From: Lama guanicoe
Taxonomy: Eukaryota
Assembly: GCA_013239625.1 (NCBI GenBank)
Contig: MU053431.1
Location: 2,570,485 to 2,634,484, forward strand
DNA: 64,000 nucleotides
Reading direction: 5' to 3'
This document shows, piece after piece, positions 14,166 to 29,149 of this stretch. The notes beneath the pieces were generated by a model. It was not told the DNA's origin. It was given only the letters and a program-made list of their open reading frames with translations, and searched no databases. The position numbers were made by a program, and so were the translations under genes. The number at the start of each line of letters is the position of its first letter. The stretch's first letter is position 1.

Positions 14166-14268
14166 GGGGGTGGGGGTGTAGCTCAGTTGGTAGAGCGCAC
14201 GCTGAGCATGTACGAGGTACTTGGTTCAATTCCCCAGTACCTCCATTTGGAAAAGAGAAAGAAAAAAA
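14166..14268 (+). mobile_element. tRNA-Ala-derived SINE (Vic-1-like) with TSD
   Basis: GGGGGTGTAGCTCAGTTGGTAGAGCGCACGCTGAGCATGTACGAGG...GGTTCAATTCCCCAGTACCTCCA plus A-tail; TSD AAGAAT(G/A)TTCCT at 14154-14165 and 14269-14280. Confidence 0.88.
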
Positions 14269-16146
14269 AAGAATATTCCTCTCCCTTACCTCCCTGAAAG
14301 TCGCTTTTCTGGTTTCTGTGATGACAGATTGTTCTTTGTGTAAATGGAGTCATTTTGTGTCTGGCTTGTTTGCGTAGCAGTATATTTGAGATTTGCTTAT
14401 TGCTTGCTCTTGTCAGTATGTTACCTTTTTTTACTGGTGAGTGATGTCCTGTGTGGACCAGACCCCACGTGATCAGCAGGGCTGTTCGGGGCCGTCTGCT
14501 CTGCTTGAGCACTTCATGTGAAACATCAGAACCTGGAGCCGTGGGGCCCACCTCCCCACCTCCCTTCTCTGTGCGAAGGTGTCCGTGTGGTACGTCTCCC
14601 CTGCATTATAAACCCCACAAGTCAGTGTTGACAATTTCTGCTCTCAGCAGTGCTGTGTATTTTTTTAAAAATAAAAAGGACAAGCTTGCCTGTTACCTAG
14701 ATGCTAACCCTTTCCAGTGGCCTCTGGCCTTCCAGAGATGCCAGTCCCCACCCGGTGCCCCTCCCCTTGGCGCAGGTCACCCTGTTTGGCATTTCTTGTA
14801 TTTTAGGTCTTTGTGATGGTTCCTTCGTCTCTGTCAGAAAATGCCTTCATTTCACCTTTGTTTCTGAGGGATGGTTTTGCTAGAGAGAGAATTCTGGTTT
14901 GACAGGTGTTTGATTTCGGCACTTTAAGTTGTGCCGCTGTCCTCTGGTCGGCAGGACTCCTAACGAGGAGAGTGTGGTCGAAGCGCTTGCTCCTCTGGGA
15001 TGTGTCCATGTTCTCTCTTTCGGGTTTTCGGCAGGGAGACTCTGGTGTGTCTGGGCACGATTCTCTCCCGGTTAGTTCTGTGCTCTGCAGCCAGAATGAC
15101 CTGAAACACACCTCCTGCCTGTTCCCATACACTGTGTCCCCGGGGACTGTGCTCACACCCACGTCAGGTGTCATCCTGCGTGGGTCTCTCTGCCCAGCCG
15201 TGTCTGCTGCTCATCGAGGTGCCCCAGCCCCCGGCATGTGGGGGAACCCAGTAAGGAGTTGCTTTGGAGTCCATGGTGTTGGAGGAGGATGAAGGCCCCA
15301 CGGGACAGATGTGTGTCCTGTGAACAGAGGGAGTGTACTGAAGCCCAGCAGAGCACGTGAGACCGCCTTCGTTCCTTAGGCCTTGGCGCTGCCCAGCGCT
15401 GTGCTGTGACCGTGCCTCTGGCAGCAACGGGAGGGATGCGTCTGGTGGGGCGCCTCCCTGCAGAGCCCGGGTCTGAGGCAGTCGGCCCACTCCCCTCGTG
15501 ACGGTAGAGTGACTTGCAAAGTGGGCGCTTCTCTGTTCTTTGGTATGAAAGTGTTATCAGGGCAGTGGTTCCATGTTACGTGGGAACTTAAATTTAATTA
15601 AGATCCCGGTTGGACAACCCCCGGAGTATGCTGAGGGCATGTGACTGGGGGTCATTGTGTCTGGTGTGTGAGGGGTGGTGGTTCCAGTGGCGTGTTGTGT
15701 TGTCTGTCTTCCTCTGCCCGCCCGAATGTCTGGTGCCCTGGATGTGCCGAGCAGTGTCGGGGAGCCAGGTGGCCTGACTAGCAATGCAGCAGGTCACAGG
15801 CTCCCAGCTAGGGTGCTGCGCCCACTAGGGGTCCTCGGACCATGTTGTCACAACCGCAGGGGTGGTGTTGGATTTGTCTTCTGGTTGAAGTTTTCCCACT
15901 AGCCGAGCGGTGCCTTTGCACGTACACTGTCAGAGCAGACGGTGAGTAAATCGTTACCAAAAGAAAGAGGAATAAACCGATGGGGGTAACAGGGAGCCTT
16001 CCTGGATGGTCTGTGTTAAAAATGCCGTCACCTCTCCTCCAGCTTTTCCAGCAATTTTCCTGGGAGATTGGTCGTTTGGGGAGCACTCTTGCTATTGTCT
16101 GGCCTAATTGCTTCACGTTGCAACAAATTTCTTAAAATTTGCCATC

Positions 16147-16297
16147 TTTTTTATTTTATTTTTTTTAATTTTGGGGGGGCAGGGGTAGTTAGGTTTACTT
16201 ATTTGTTCTGTTTTTGGAGGGGGTGCTGGGGGTTGAACCCAGGAACCTGTGTATGCCAAGCACACGCTTTACCACTTGAGCTACATCGTCCCCCCTG
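16147..16297 (-). mobile_element. tRNA-Ala-derived SINE (Vic-1-like)
   Basis: gggggttgaacccagg...taccacttgagctac; T-rich tail; flanked by an imperfect direct repeat atttgccatctt / ttttgtcatctt. Confidence 0.82.
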
Positions 16298-16494
16298 GAA
16301 TTTTGTCATCTTGATTGGAAGTACGTATTCAGAACATTTCCTGCCTGCGTCTTTGTTTTGTATTTGTGCAGGGTTACTTTTGAGGAGTCGTGGTAACTAA
16401 GCCTGCACATGCCTGTAGCACACAGATGGGGTGACCATCTGTAAGCTCCCACTTCCCTTAAATAAGTCACAGGAGAGCCATTTCCTGACCTCTA

Positions 16495-16665
16495 GGGCAG
16501 GGCTGTGCCTGTTCCATGGGTAAATCAGGTTTCCCGGGCACACGGCCGTGCCTGCTCTTGTACACGTTATGTGCTTTCCTGCCTCAAAGGCGGAGCTGGG
16601 AACCTGCCCGCAAGACTGAAATACTTACTGTCTTGCCTTTTACAGAAAAACTTGCATGCTGGCTT
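16495..16665. mobile_element. MER58A-like DNA transposon remnant (opposite orientation)
   Basis: cccgcaagactgaaatacttactgtcttgccttttacagaaaaacttgc resembles the MER58A end. Confidence 0.55.
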
Positions 16666-19600
16666 CTAGCATGAGGATCCTTTGAGGAATCGCGCCAAGT
16701 GAGCCTTAGTGGCAAAGTTTGTGCTGGCTTTTGCTGGGCCCAGCTCGCTCGTTTCTGGTGTTCGACTCCTCGGCTGTGGTGCAGTTACATCGGGCTGGAG
16801 CTGTGCAGGTCCATCACTGATGCCACTGGTTTCATTAAAATAAAGGAAGGTCCATGGTGTCAGAAAACTCAACTGGTTGAGAACTGGATTGGAGGGAGTC
16901 CATGTTAGGATGTTTGCTGGTTCTTAGGAGAATTCGGAGTTGACTAGACCTTGATTGACTGGACTCTCTGTGTAGGTCCCTTTGATTGGCCAGTGGCCAA
17001 AACAGGTCCTGAGATGAACAGCTTTCTCTTGAGCTCTGATGAGAAGGGTCTCTGTAGGGACTGTTGGAGACTTGCTAGTTCCAAGAAGGAAGCAGCCCAT
17101 GGGAATGAGGTCCAGACCCCTGGGGTCAAAAGGACAGTGTTGGCTTAGGAGGCTGGTTCTCAGGACCCCCAACGGCCTGGTCTGGCAAGATGAAGCTATA
17201 ATATTTGGCAGGTGCTTAACAAACTGTCCTGGATGTGACTCGTGCATCTGGAAGCATGATGAGAATGGCAACTTTGTAGCTTTTGTAAAAATGATACATA
17301 AAGTTATAAAAAAGTTCTAGCAATGCAGAAAAGCCTACAGAAGTACATGAGTCTAGAAATGAAGCAATCAGATGGGAGTAGGGGAGGAACCTCTGTGCCC
17401 TGGTTCTCCCCGAAACAACCAGATCACTGGGTATGTACCTTCCGAAGATACTCACATAGTCTTGTTTTTTTTTTTTTTTAATATATTTTTATTGAAGTAT
17501 TGTCGGTTTACACAGATAATCTTGTAAATAGAGAGGTTTGTTTCCATTTTCCTTGAACTTGGTGAACAGAAAATCAAGGTGATACTAATGAGATTGCAGC
17601 TTCCCTCAGTGCAAGCAAGCCTGCTCTCCCGAGGAGGGTGCCATCCTCGGGGCCAGCTCCGCTTTAGACGTGGCGCGGGGCCACGGGGCTGCGCGCTTTT
17701 TCCCTCCCTCCGCCTGCCGCGTGGCTTCAGGGTGAAGTGTGTGCTGGGTCCGTCGCTGCGGCTCTGTTGTTCTTCAGCCTAGTTCTTGCGTTTCCGTGGG
17801 TTCGACAGCTGCCTGCAGACCTGCTGCCCCTGGTTTCCATTTTTGGCTACTTTTGGTTCATGTCTTCATTGTCTTCATTTCATCACCGAGGAGGCGTCTT
17901 TTTCCAGGAGCTCTTTGTTCCATAAGTTCTCATGTACTTGTGGACATGAATCTGTTGCTCTGGCTGTGGAGAACTGGCCTGATTACAGCATCACTGGGTC
18001 AGAAGCGGCCCAGTGTCACTCCTCTGCGTTCTGGCGCTGTGCGTCGCAGGCTCGTGCTGCTCCAGTGAGGGGAGAGAAGGCTGCTTGTCGCAGCGTGGGT
18101 TTTGAGATGTGTTTATTATTAAACAAGTACAAGCCTTGTAACTTTGGATGTAGTTACTGGCCGTTCGTAAAAACTAAGAAAATTAACTCGAAGATTTTGG
18201 AAGTCATGATTTATCTGCACCTGTTAAGAACCAAGTAATGAACTGAAATGATCAGCTGACCCAGCAGCTAAGCCGGGTGTATGTCGGGCTCGCCTGAGGT
18301 GGCCTCTGTCTGAGACCAGGAAGAGCTGACCTTCGGCGCAGTAGCGCCGGTTACCGTCCGACACACTCGCTGACTTCTCAGTGGTGCTGGTGAATCAGAA
18401 CTCAAGTGCGAACGACCCCCAGGGAGTTCTCTGCAGTCAGACTGAGTAGCTGGCTGCCTCTGGGTGTCTCAGACAGTGGGCGGTCACTTCTACAGAGCAG
18501 ACGCAAAGGCACTAATTGTTGTTCCTGTCCTGTGGACGGGCTCCAAAAGTCAGCTGTTCAGTAGGCCCTGAGAATAAAAAGTGGTTTGTCAGATTTGTAT
18601 TTGCTAGAACAGTTCCCAAAGAAAGGTAGTAGTTCAACTTGACCAAGCCATGGACCTTCTATCGTAGATTAACTGGACCAGACACTTAGTGACGGAGGGT
18701 GGACTAGAACCCACCGCTCCACTGGCTCTGGTAAAGACGCTGCTGCTCACCCAGGACTCCGGGCCCTGTGGCAGGCCCGCCCTGGGAGGGAGGGGCTGTC
18801 CACATTTCCATCTCCAGGTGAGGGGGCGGCGCGGCCACTGCGCTGGCGTCACCACGTGGACCATGTGGAAGCTTCCAGAGCCGGGCTGAGAGGCCTCACA
18901 CCCTGACTGCAAACCCACGGTCCTCGGACGGCAGTGAGGCTTGCTTATCTTCTGCCCTCAACACCACACCCTCATCCCATGCTCAGGGCCAGGCCGACTT
19001 GCCAGGTGTCTGTGGGCCAAGACGTTATGCCCTTCACCTTTGTTTCAGATCCTGGCCTCACCACTCTGGTTGGTCTCTGCCATCATGCCTGCCTCGCTGG
19101 GGTGCAGGGCCAGGGGCTGGTCTGGAGGGAGAGCACATGTGTCGTGATCGTGATTCAGACACAGAAGTGACCCTGTGCCCTTAGAAGGGGGCCTCCTGGT
19201 CTCCGCACTGCGGCCCACACATCCCCTCTCCTCTTACCGTGTGTTCCTGTTTCTTGATTTCCTTCCTCATTTTGTTGAAATGCTCCTCAGACCATTGTGA
19301 TGTTCGGGATGTGTGAGCAGCGCCTCTCCCAGACTCTGGCGGGTATGCGTTCTTCTGACCTTGCGCTTGGTCGGTGCTGGAATTCTAGCCTGAAAGTCTC
19401 TTCTTCTTAGAACTCAGACTTCCCTGATGTGGGCAGCGCTGTTTGCCTGCTGTTGACGTGTGGCCTGTCCTGGATGGGCGCTGGTTTGCACACTTGTGTT
19501 TTCTTTTCTTTTCAGTGGACTGTTTTTTCTCAGTGGGCTGTTTTCTTTGCCTTTCAAATTCCCACCAGACAGATCTCCTTTCTGGGGTCTTCCCTGTGCT

Positions 19601-19804
19601 GACTCTCCCCAGGCACTTCCTGACTGCGTCTTCTCTGTGCCTTGGCCTTCAGCATCTTCACTCTCAGAGCTGTTTCCAGAGACTGTCTCCTCCTCTGTCG
19701 TCACAGCTTCGTGTTGTCTCTCGCTCTGAGGATGTCAGAACTGAAAAGCAGAACTTGCTGCTTTTCCTCTGTGGTCATCAGCTGCTTTTTGTGTTTTGTT
19801 GTTT

Positions 19805-21150
19805 TTAATTGATGACCGATTTTTTTAGAGCAGTTTTAGGTTTACCCGAAAGCCGAGCAGCCTGTACGGAGAGGATCCCAGTCCCACAGGTCATGCAGCC
19901 TGTGTGGTCGTGAGTGGTGATCCAGTATTGATATGTACTAACTGAAGTCCACGGTTCACGTCAGGCCTCACTCTTGGTGCTGCACCTTCTGTGTGTTTTG
20001 ACATACGTATGATGGTGTGTCCACCGCGGTGGTGGCACTGACCTGAAACCTTTGGGGCCCTGCCCCCGCCCCCACCCCCCAAGCCCTGACCCCTTCACCT
20101 CTCCAGAGCTCGGCTCTGCCCCACAGTTTCGAGTAGTTGGGCTCGCACAGTCTGCAGCTTTCTCACGCTGGCTTCTTTCCCTCAGCTAAATGCATTTAAG
20201 TCTCCTCCAGGTTTTTTCATGGCTTGACAGCCCATTTCAGTTAGTGCTGAGTAATACTCCGCTGTCTGGACGCACCCGTGTATTTCTCTGTTCACCTGCT
20301 GGATGACGTCCTGATTGCTTCTGAGTTTTGGCAGCTGTGACTGTGTCAACTTACTTTTAAGCAGTTGCCAATAATCACACATAGATTGTTAGATCAGTAA
20401 TGAATTTAGAAACTATGTCCGTTCTCTTTTTGAATTACATGTTATTTAGAATTGTATTGTTTAAAAATAAATACTTGAGGTTTTCTAGATACTAGACATC
20501 TTTCTTTTGGGTCTCTAATGCTATGAAGGTCGGGGACATAACTGTGTATGATTTCAGTCCATTTACATTCATTGAAACTTGTTTTAAGATTCAGTGTGTC
20601 GTGTGGCTCAGTGTGTCTCGCACGTGCACGTCCCATGCGTGTGGGTGTCACGCCGGCATCAGGTCGTGGTGGTTGACAGTGTTCCTCAGATGGTTGGCAT
20701 TCTTCCTGATTTCGTGTGTCTGTCTGTTCTGTCAGTCTCTGACAGAGGAGTGTCACGATTTTTATGACTGAAGTTACCTGTTTCTCCTTCTAATTCAATG
20801 AGTACTTCCTTTGCGTATTTAGAGGCTGTTTTTAAAGTATGTCTCTTGCACACAGTGTAGTTGCGTCTTGCATTTTATCCATTCTGACAGTCTCCTTCCG
20901 TTCACTGGCATTTTCAGTCTGAAGAGGTTTTCATTTTTCTTTCAGCTTTTCAGATACGCTTCCTTGCATTCTTGTTTAGAGGTTGCTTTAGGGATTACAA
21001 TAAACACACTTTTCTGCAGTCCACTCAGGGTGACAATGTCACAGCACAGTTAGAAACTGCCGCTTGCCCCCTTGTGGGACCATTCCTTACTCCTTCCTGC
21101 GTGACCGACTGTGTTGTGTTTGTGTACATTGTGACCTCCACAAACAGTGT
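19805..21150 (-). mobile_element. Old L1 (L1MB/MC-like) fragments
   Basis: ttttttagagcagttttaggttta...; tgctgagtaatactcc...; degenerate peptide SFNECKWTEIIHS resembles L1 endonuclease-region sequence. Confidence 0.55.
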
Positions 21151-21274
21151 TGTGGTTTTTTGTTTAGTCAAAGTAAATGAAATTCCACAGTCAAGTGGAA
21201 TAAAGTCCATCAGCCCTGCGCTTGGAATTTTTGTCCTTGCTTCTCAGTGTCTTCTCCGTGTTCTTGTAGCTTAG

Positions 21275-23287
<2,013 letters not shown>

Positions 23288-26200
23288 GTCCAGGAGGAGC
23301 TGTGATTAGAGGATAAGTCAGCACCCGGCCACTCAACCTTAGAATCATGAACTGTAGTCACAGAGATGGGGCAGGCGCTGCCCTGGCCCTGGAGGGGCCG
23401 CGCCAGCCTGCCTCTGTGCCCGCCCATCCGTCGACCCCCAACACGTGAAGTGCGTAGCATGCAGTATTTAAAGCAGTTTAGCTACGGTCTTCTTTTTCCG
23501 TTGTTTTCCTTTTTTAATAGCATGTGTGGGGTTATGTTCCATGTCTGTCTGTGTTGTGGGCGTCCTGGGGCCACGGACCACATTCACCGGACCGGGAGCT
23601 GCCTCGGCTTGGTCAGGTCGTTGCTGTGGGTTGTCGGCCTCGTGGCCGAACGGGCCCTCCGTTCCCCTGTGTTCAGGGGCCTGAGGCAGGTGCTGCCTGG
23701 CGGCGGCTGTGGACTCAGCCTCCTGCCTTCTGCTCGCTGACTGTGTGGCCACCGGCAGGGCCTCTGGACTCACCTGCCAGGAGGGAGCTGGGCCTACCCG
23801 CCCTGCCAACAGCACTTCCATGGCATCCGTATTGAGGACAGTTTTGTGAGATCTGGTCACCTCGTTTGTTTGGCCTTGTGGCAGGGTGCTTCCCGTTTGG
23901 GTTTGTTGTGGACAGCGTAGGAGGCTCTCCTGGTCCTGAGACCATGTTCCCTGCCCGTGTCTGACCTGAGGCCCCTGTCCTTCAAGTGTGCCCTCGCCAG
24001 GCATGGGAAGGTTCCTGCACTTTCCAATGGCCCCGAGCTGGGTTGACAGGCCCTCCCGGCAGCCTCCACTCTCCCCTTCCCCTCATCTCCTCCACATTCC
24101 TTCAGGCCCCCCGGCCTTGTATCTGTGTTTGGACCTCTAAGAACCACAGATGGTAGCAGTGGCCCAATTCATGGGAGGCAAAGGAGCTAAGGGTCCAGGT
24201 TGCTGGTGGTGAGGGGCTGCCCGGCCCTCCCCTCTGCGCTTTCCTTTCCTTCGCCTGCTCCCTTTGGCCATTGGGCAGGTGGGTCAGGCAGAGCTGGAGA
24301 TAGCAGGTTGGCAGAGGAAGGACCAGCTGGACCAAAGGCACACTCTGGGCTAGAGGGTTGGGTCCCCAGGAGGCCCTGGTGCCCCTGGGCTCGGTAGCCA
24401 GCAGCCTGACCACGGAAGCCCCTCTCACTGTCTCAGTAGCACCTTTTATGCAGTGTCAGAAGCCAGGCTTGTCTGCGTCCAGGCCTGTCGGTGGTGCCCC
24501 TGCTGGAAGGACCTGGAGACCTGGTTGTGGCGGGGTGACTCCCCGCTCGACTTGCACCGGGCACTGGAGACCCACGGTGCCCAAGTGGGCCTAGTTTCTG
24601 CAGAACGAACCTCGTGGCTACTGGGCTCCTGAATGCCCCCTGGGGGCACAGGGAGGGACCGCCCACCTGCTGGTAGGACTCACCAGGACCACTTCCCGAA
24701 GCACTGCCTCTGTTCTCCCGCGGCCCTTGTGCTCAGAAAGCCTCTGTGTGGGGGTGCCCGGCCGGCTCGGGTAGGCAGCAGGGCTGTGGGCACTTGTTGG
24801 TACCATGTTGTTTTGGTTTTCGCCTGTGAAAGAGACTGTGAAGACAGGCAGTGAGGGGCGGGTGTGCACTGATGCTAACTGAGAGGTGGTCTAAAGCCAG
24901 GCCTCGCGAGAGGAAGAAGTCCACAGCTTGACCCGCCCTGAGACGGAGAGGAGGCCAGACAGTCCCAGCACTTCAGCCTGAGGTGCAGGCCCTCGTCAGC
25001 TTCCTGCTGTTTCTGGAAGTAACTTAGGAAATGAGTTGTTTCTCCCCAGGATGGCCGAGAGCCAAGGTCAGAGCTTGGGCTTCAGTTGGGAGCCGCCGTG
25101 CTGCTGCCTTGTGGCCAGAGGACTCAAGGCCTGTTCCACACGCCAGGGCCCCTGGCCAGGTGTCCGTCAGTCACAGAATCTTACTGGTCGTTTCCTAGAA
25201 ACGTCAGGCTTCCCTGGAGGCCAGAGTGGGAAGCCCTTCCGAAGGGGCACGTCTGGAATTTTGTTGAGCCCAGTCCCGTGGAATCTCTTAAGAAGCTAAG
25301 TGAATCATGGCAGTGATGCTGACAGTCCCCAGGTGACAGCAGTGGCAGGTCGAGGCCGGAGTCCGGGGTCCGGGCAGGTCTGGACCCCCCCCCACCACCA
25401 CCACACACACACTCTCTTGACCCCGAAGCATCTCCACTTTGGTGTCGGGAGGCAGGAGCCCTTTCTAAGTTTCTACCGGATGCACTTCCAGGCCCTCCTC
25501 TTGACCGAAGACCCAAGTCCCTGGTCAGTTTCCCTTTTTCCTGTGTGGTCCACCTGTTTGCCTGGTACAGAGTGTTGTCTGAAAGGGCACCCCCATTTGT
25601 GTGCTAGGTGGGAACCACCCTCCGTCTACTGTGGCGGGAACAGGCGCACGTTGGCCCTCACTCTCAGGCTGTACCCTGTGGCCAGAGCTGGGTGCACCAC
25701 CAGGCACCAGGGGGGTCCAGCCGCTCTGACCACCTGCGGCCTAAGGTGTGGGAGAGGCCTGCGCCACCCAAGGGCAGCTGCTGGTGTGTTGGTGTCAGTC
25801 CGCTTGGTGGCGTGGTCTTTTCTTGTCTTCCTTTGGCTTTATTCTGTTTTCAAACTGCTTTAGATATTACCGCTCACACGCGAGCCTTCCTGCTTCTCTA
25901 GTCAGTCAAGCAGCCAGCACCGCTGGAACCTGGCGGTGGGAGCGCACTGGGCTTGGTCACGAGGCTGCCTGAGAAGGCCCTGCCGGGACGGTCTTGCACA
26001 TTCTAACTGCAAGCGGTCTGTTCCAGGGGAGCTTGTGCCTGGGGAGAGCCCGCCGCTGCAGCTGGCGGTCCAGGGAGACGTGCAGCCTCCTCGGCACCTG
26101 GTGAGGCCACCAGTGCGTGGGGCGGGCACCGGCACGCAGGCTCTCCCTGGAGGGGCCAGGCTCTGCGTGGGCAGAGCTGGGGGGCCCGTCCGTCCTGCCC

Positions 26201-27218
26201 TGGCACTCAGCATGGCCTGCCGGGGGCTGCGTGGGGGGTGTGGAAAGTGACCGGTCTCATTCCTTTCTCTGTATTCTGAGCTGTGAGCCCGTGTGACACA
26301 AGACTTCCCTGTTTGTTTTGCTGTTTGGTTGTGAATCATCGCCTGTGGAATTGGCAAAAGCTCCTTCTTCCTGTCCTTTCAAGCACGGCTGGCGTCTGAG
26401 CTGTGGGTGTGGGCAGTGTGTGTACATATGTGTATATGTATATAGCGCAGCGGGCGTGACTGCTGCTGTCCAGGTGAAACAACAGGTGCAGTGACAGTTG
26501 GCTCCAGAACGGCCCCTGGTTTCTTGACGGTCCTGGCAGGAGCGGGTCTCGGCAAGCTCCCCACCAGGTGCTCGGAAGGAAACCAGCCTGTGGTGCACCT
26601 GGAATGGGGGTGGATGGCTGGGCCGGTGCCTGAGCGTGCCATGGCAGCCTCCCCTGCTGGTGTCTGCCTCTCCAGGGTAGGGTGCAGGGCTGCCCAGGTG
26701 GTGACTGTCTGGCACAAGGGCCACACCCATCCCTGGGGGCCTCTGCCATGCTCACCTGACCCAGAGGTGTGTCCCCCATGACATTCAGAGGTGGCTGAAA
26801 ACCCCTCCTTCCCTTGAAACATTATAACCAATTTTCTGAGCATCAGGTACGATCAGTGACAAAGCTACGTTCTAAAGGGGCTTCTGTCCTGACTGCAGAT
26901 CCACCCTGGAGGGGTCCCCAGGGAGGAAGGGCTGGGCCCGGGGTCCTTCGGGCAGCAGCTCTCGGTTGATTTTGTCCCCCTAGAAAGTGGGACGATGTTC
27001 TGAACCAGGAAGGCAGCTTACACTGAATGTACACGTGTGAGAAACCCCAGTGCGGGTGCAGGGACAGCAGCCGTCCGTGCGCTGGTTTCGTCCTGCTGCT
27101 GGGACCCGACCTCCGCCCTGAGCCCACGCACACCTGGGGCCGGCTCAGGGCGCGGTGGTCTCCCGTGGTGATCGTCCCTTGTGTCTGGATGTTGACCTGT
27201 AATGAAGATGACTTGTAA

Positions 27219-27224
27219 AATAAA
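27219..27224 (+). terminator. DNAJC5: Poly(A) signal AATAAA ending the ~4 kb DNAJC5 3'UTR
   Basis: gtaaAATAAAtgtttt followed by GU-rich ctgtgtgtct. The position fits the known long DNAJC5 3'UTR. Confidence 0.7.
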
Positions 27225-29149
27225 TGTTTTCACTGCAGACCAGCTGTGTGTCTCATCAGGGGCCCCCCCGCAATCCTGTTTCGGGGGGTCTTGAGGTCTG
27301 GGGGCGGCTGACCCTAGAGGCCCTCCTGAATCCTTTGGGGGGCTGGGACTTAGCTCCCCCCTGCCTGGTCCAAGTGTGGACTGGGCCCCTCCCCTTTGGT
27401 CTGTTTTCACCTCCATTTTCTAACCGTGACTGGAGGGAAGAAAGCAGCGGGTGAGCTGTGAGAGCCCCAGGCCTCGGGCAGCTGGGAACATGGGCTCGAG
27501 TCCTCATGGGAGGAACATGGCCAGCAAGACAGTGGCCAGCACTGCTGGTTCCACTGTCCCCTCCTGTCCTCCTGCCTTGGCCCCTGGGAACCACCCTACT
27601 CGCTTCCTGCCTGCTGCCCATGAGCAGTTTGTCCAGGTGGAGGAGCAGGGCTGCAGCTGGAGCAGCTCGCTGGCCTTGGGCCTGCCCTCTGCTGGCAGCA
27701 CGAAGTCGGGAAGGGGTGACAGCAGAGGGCACCCGGTGTCGGGTGGCCAGCTTCTCTGCCCCTCGGGCAGCTCCGCCCATGTCCAGCTCTGCTCCTGGTT
27801 ATTCGGAGGCAGGCTTCCCCGGTTGTCCCTCGGCCTGCTCCCCCCTTGGCATCGTTGTGGAGTGTGCTCAGGTCCTCATGCATGGACACTGCTGTTCTGT
27901 CTTCCTGGGTCATCTCCAAGCCAGGGCTGGCCCAGGGCTGCACCCTGGCATCTCCCAGGTAGGGCCCACCCTCCCACCTGGCCCCTGGGGGTTCTGAGAG
28001 TCACCTCCCCCTACCACCTTGATGGCAGGGAGAGAGAAGCAGGGAACAGCCTTGGCCCAGCAGGGCACCCTTGGACACAGTGGAAGCCTGGGGTGTCTGG
28101 CAGGACTGGACGTGCCTTTGTGTCTCTGAGACAGGCTGGATCCAGCCTTGAGCTCTTACGAGAGGCACCACCTGGGCCCCCGGGGTTCACGTCCAGCCAC
28201 ATGTGCCCATCTGCACACATCAGGATGGATCTGGAGCTGACACGGGGCTCAGGCCCAGGAACCCTGGCAGCTAACGTAGGAGGCTCATAGGTCTGACCAC
28301 CCGGCCCCACAGGGTTGTGGACAGTAGGTACCTCCAGAAAAACCAAGCCCAGGTTGCAGGTGCCACCTTCAACACCCTTTGAGGTGATGTCCCCTTGGGC
28401 CTGTACCCCGCCTCGGATGGGGGTGCTGGGTCTTCCTTCTTGGTGCTAGCTAAGGGCAAGGCAGAAACGTTTGGGGGAAAAAAAGCAGAAAATAACCCAG
28501 AATAATGTAACAAGCACCTTGAAACTCTTTATTCAGACATCACAAACGTGAAGTAATTGAGGTTTTTCATAAAACAAAGGATGACTGACAGTGGAGAGCC
28601 ACTGGCAGCTCTCTCCCAGGTCGAGGTGGCCCCAGCATCTCAGTCCAGTTCTGCCCATGGTCTTAGCCACGGCCACCGGTCTCGGCATCTGTAAATAACA
28701 CGTTCCACTGATTTCTAAGATCTTACGTAAATCGTACTGCGCTCAATCACTGAGTGTTCATTCAGTGTAGGGTTTTTTTAAAAAAAAATCCATGTGGCTA
28801 CGTCTAGGTCCAGTTAATTTACTTTAATTTCTGTACAGCACAGATCGGGTGAATTAACCACAAGCGGCTGATGTACTGTGCTGGTTGAGGACGCAGGTGG
28901 GTTTCAGTTCTGGCTGGTGAAGCACGCTGCCCTGCCCTCGCGGGGGCTGCAGCTGGGCGGGATCTGGAAGCCGCTCCACTCCCCCTTCCCCCCTCCCTGC
29001 CAGTCCTCAGGTGCTTTCCTTGTTGTTTTTCTTAATCAGAGTCCACGCTTATTTTCACTGTTTTCGTTATGAGGTGCTTACAGAGAAACAGAACGTCACA
29101 CCAAGCCTTACTGATGGACATTCAGGGTGGTGGGCAGCAGCACCTCCGC

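Noticed and set aside
14171..14245. tRNA-Ala gene
   Set aside because: Stems are mismatched, and it has an A-rich tail, a TSD and three sibling copies, so it is a SINE head.
1..21269. miR-941 tandem array known from human DNAJC5 intron 1
   Set aside because: No such tandem repeat seen; that miRNA is human-specific. The primate UCKL1-intronic miR-647 and miR-1914 were also not recognised.
23366..28290. Numerous 100-280 aa ORFs in and after the DNAJC5 3'UTR (e.g. 27451-28290)
   Set aside because: No recognisable domains, overlapping in all frames, and expected in GC-rich sequence.
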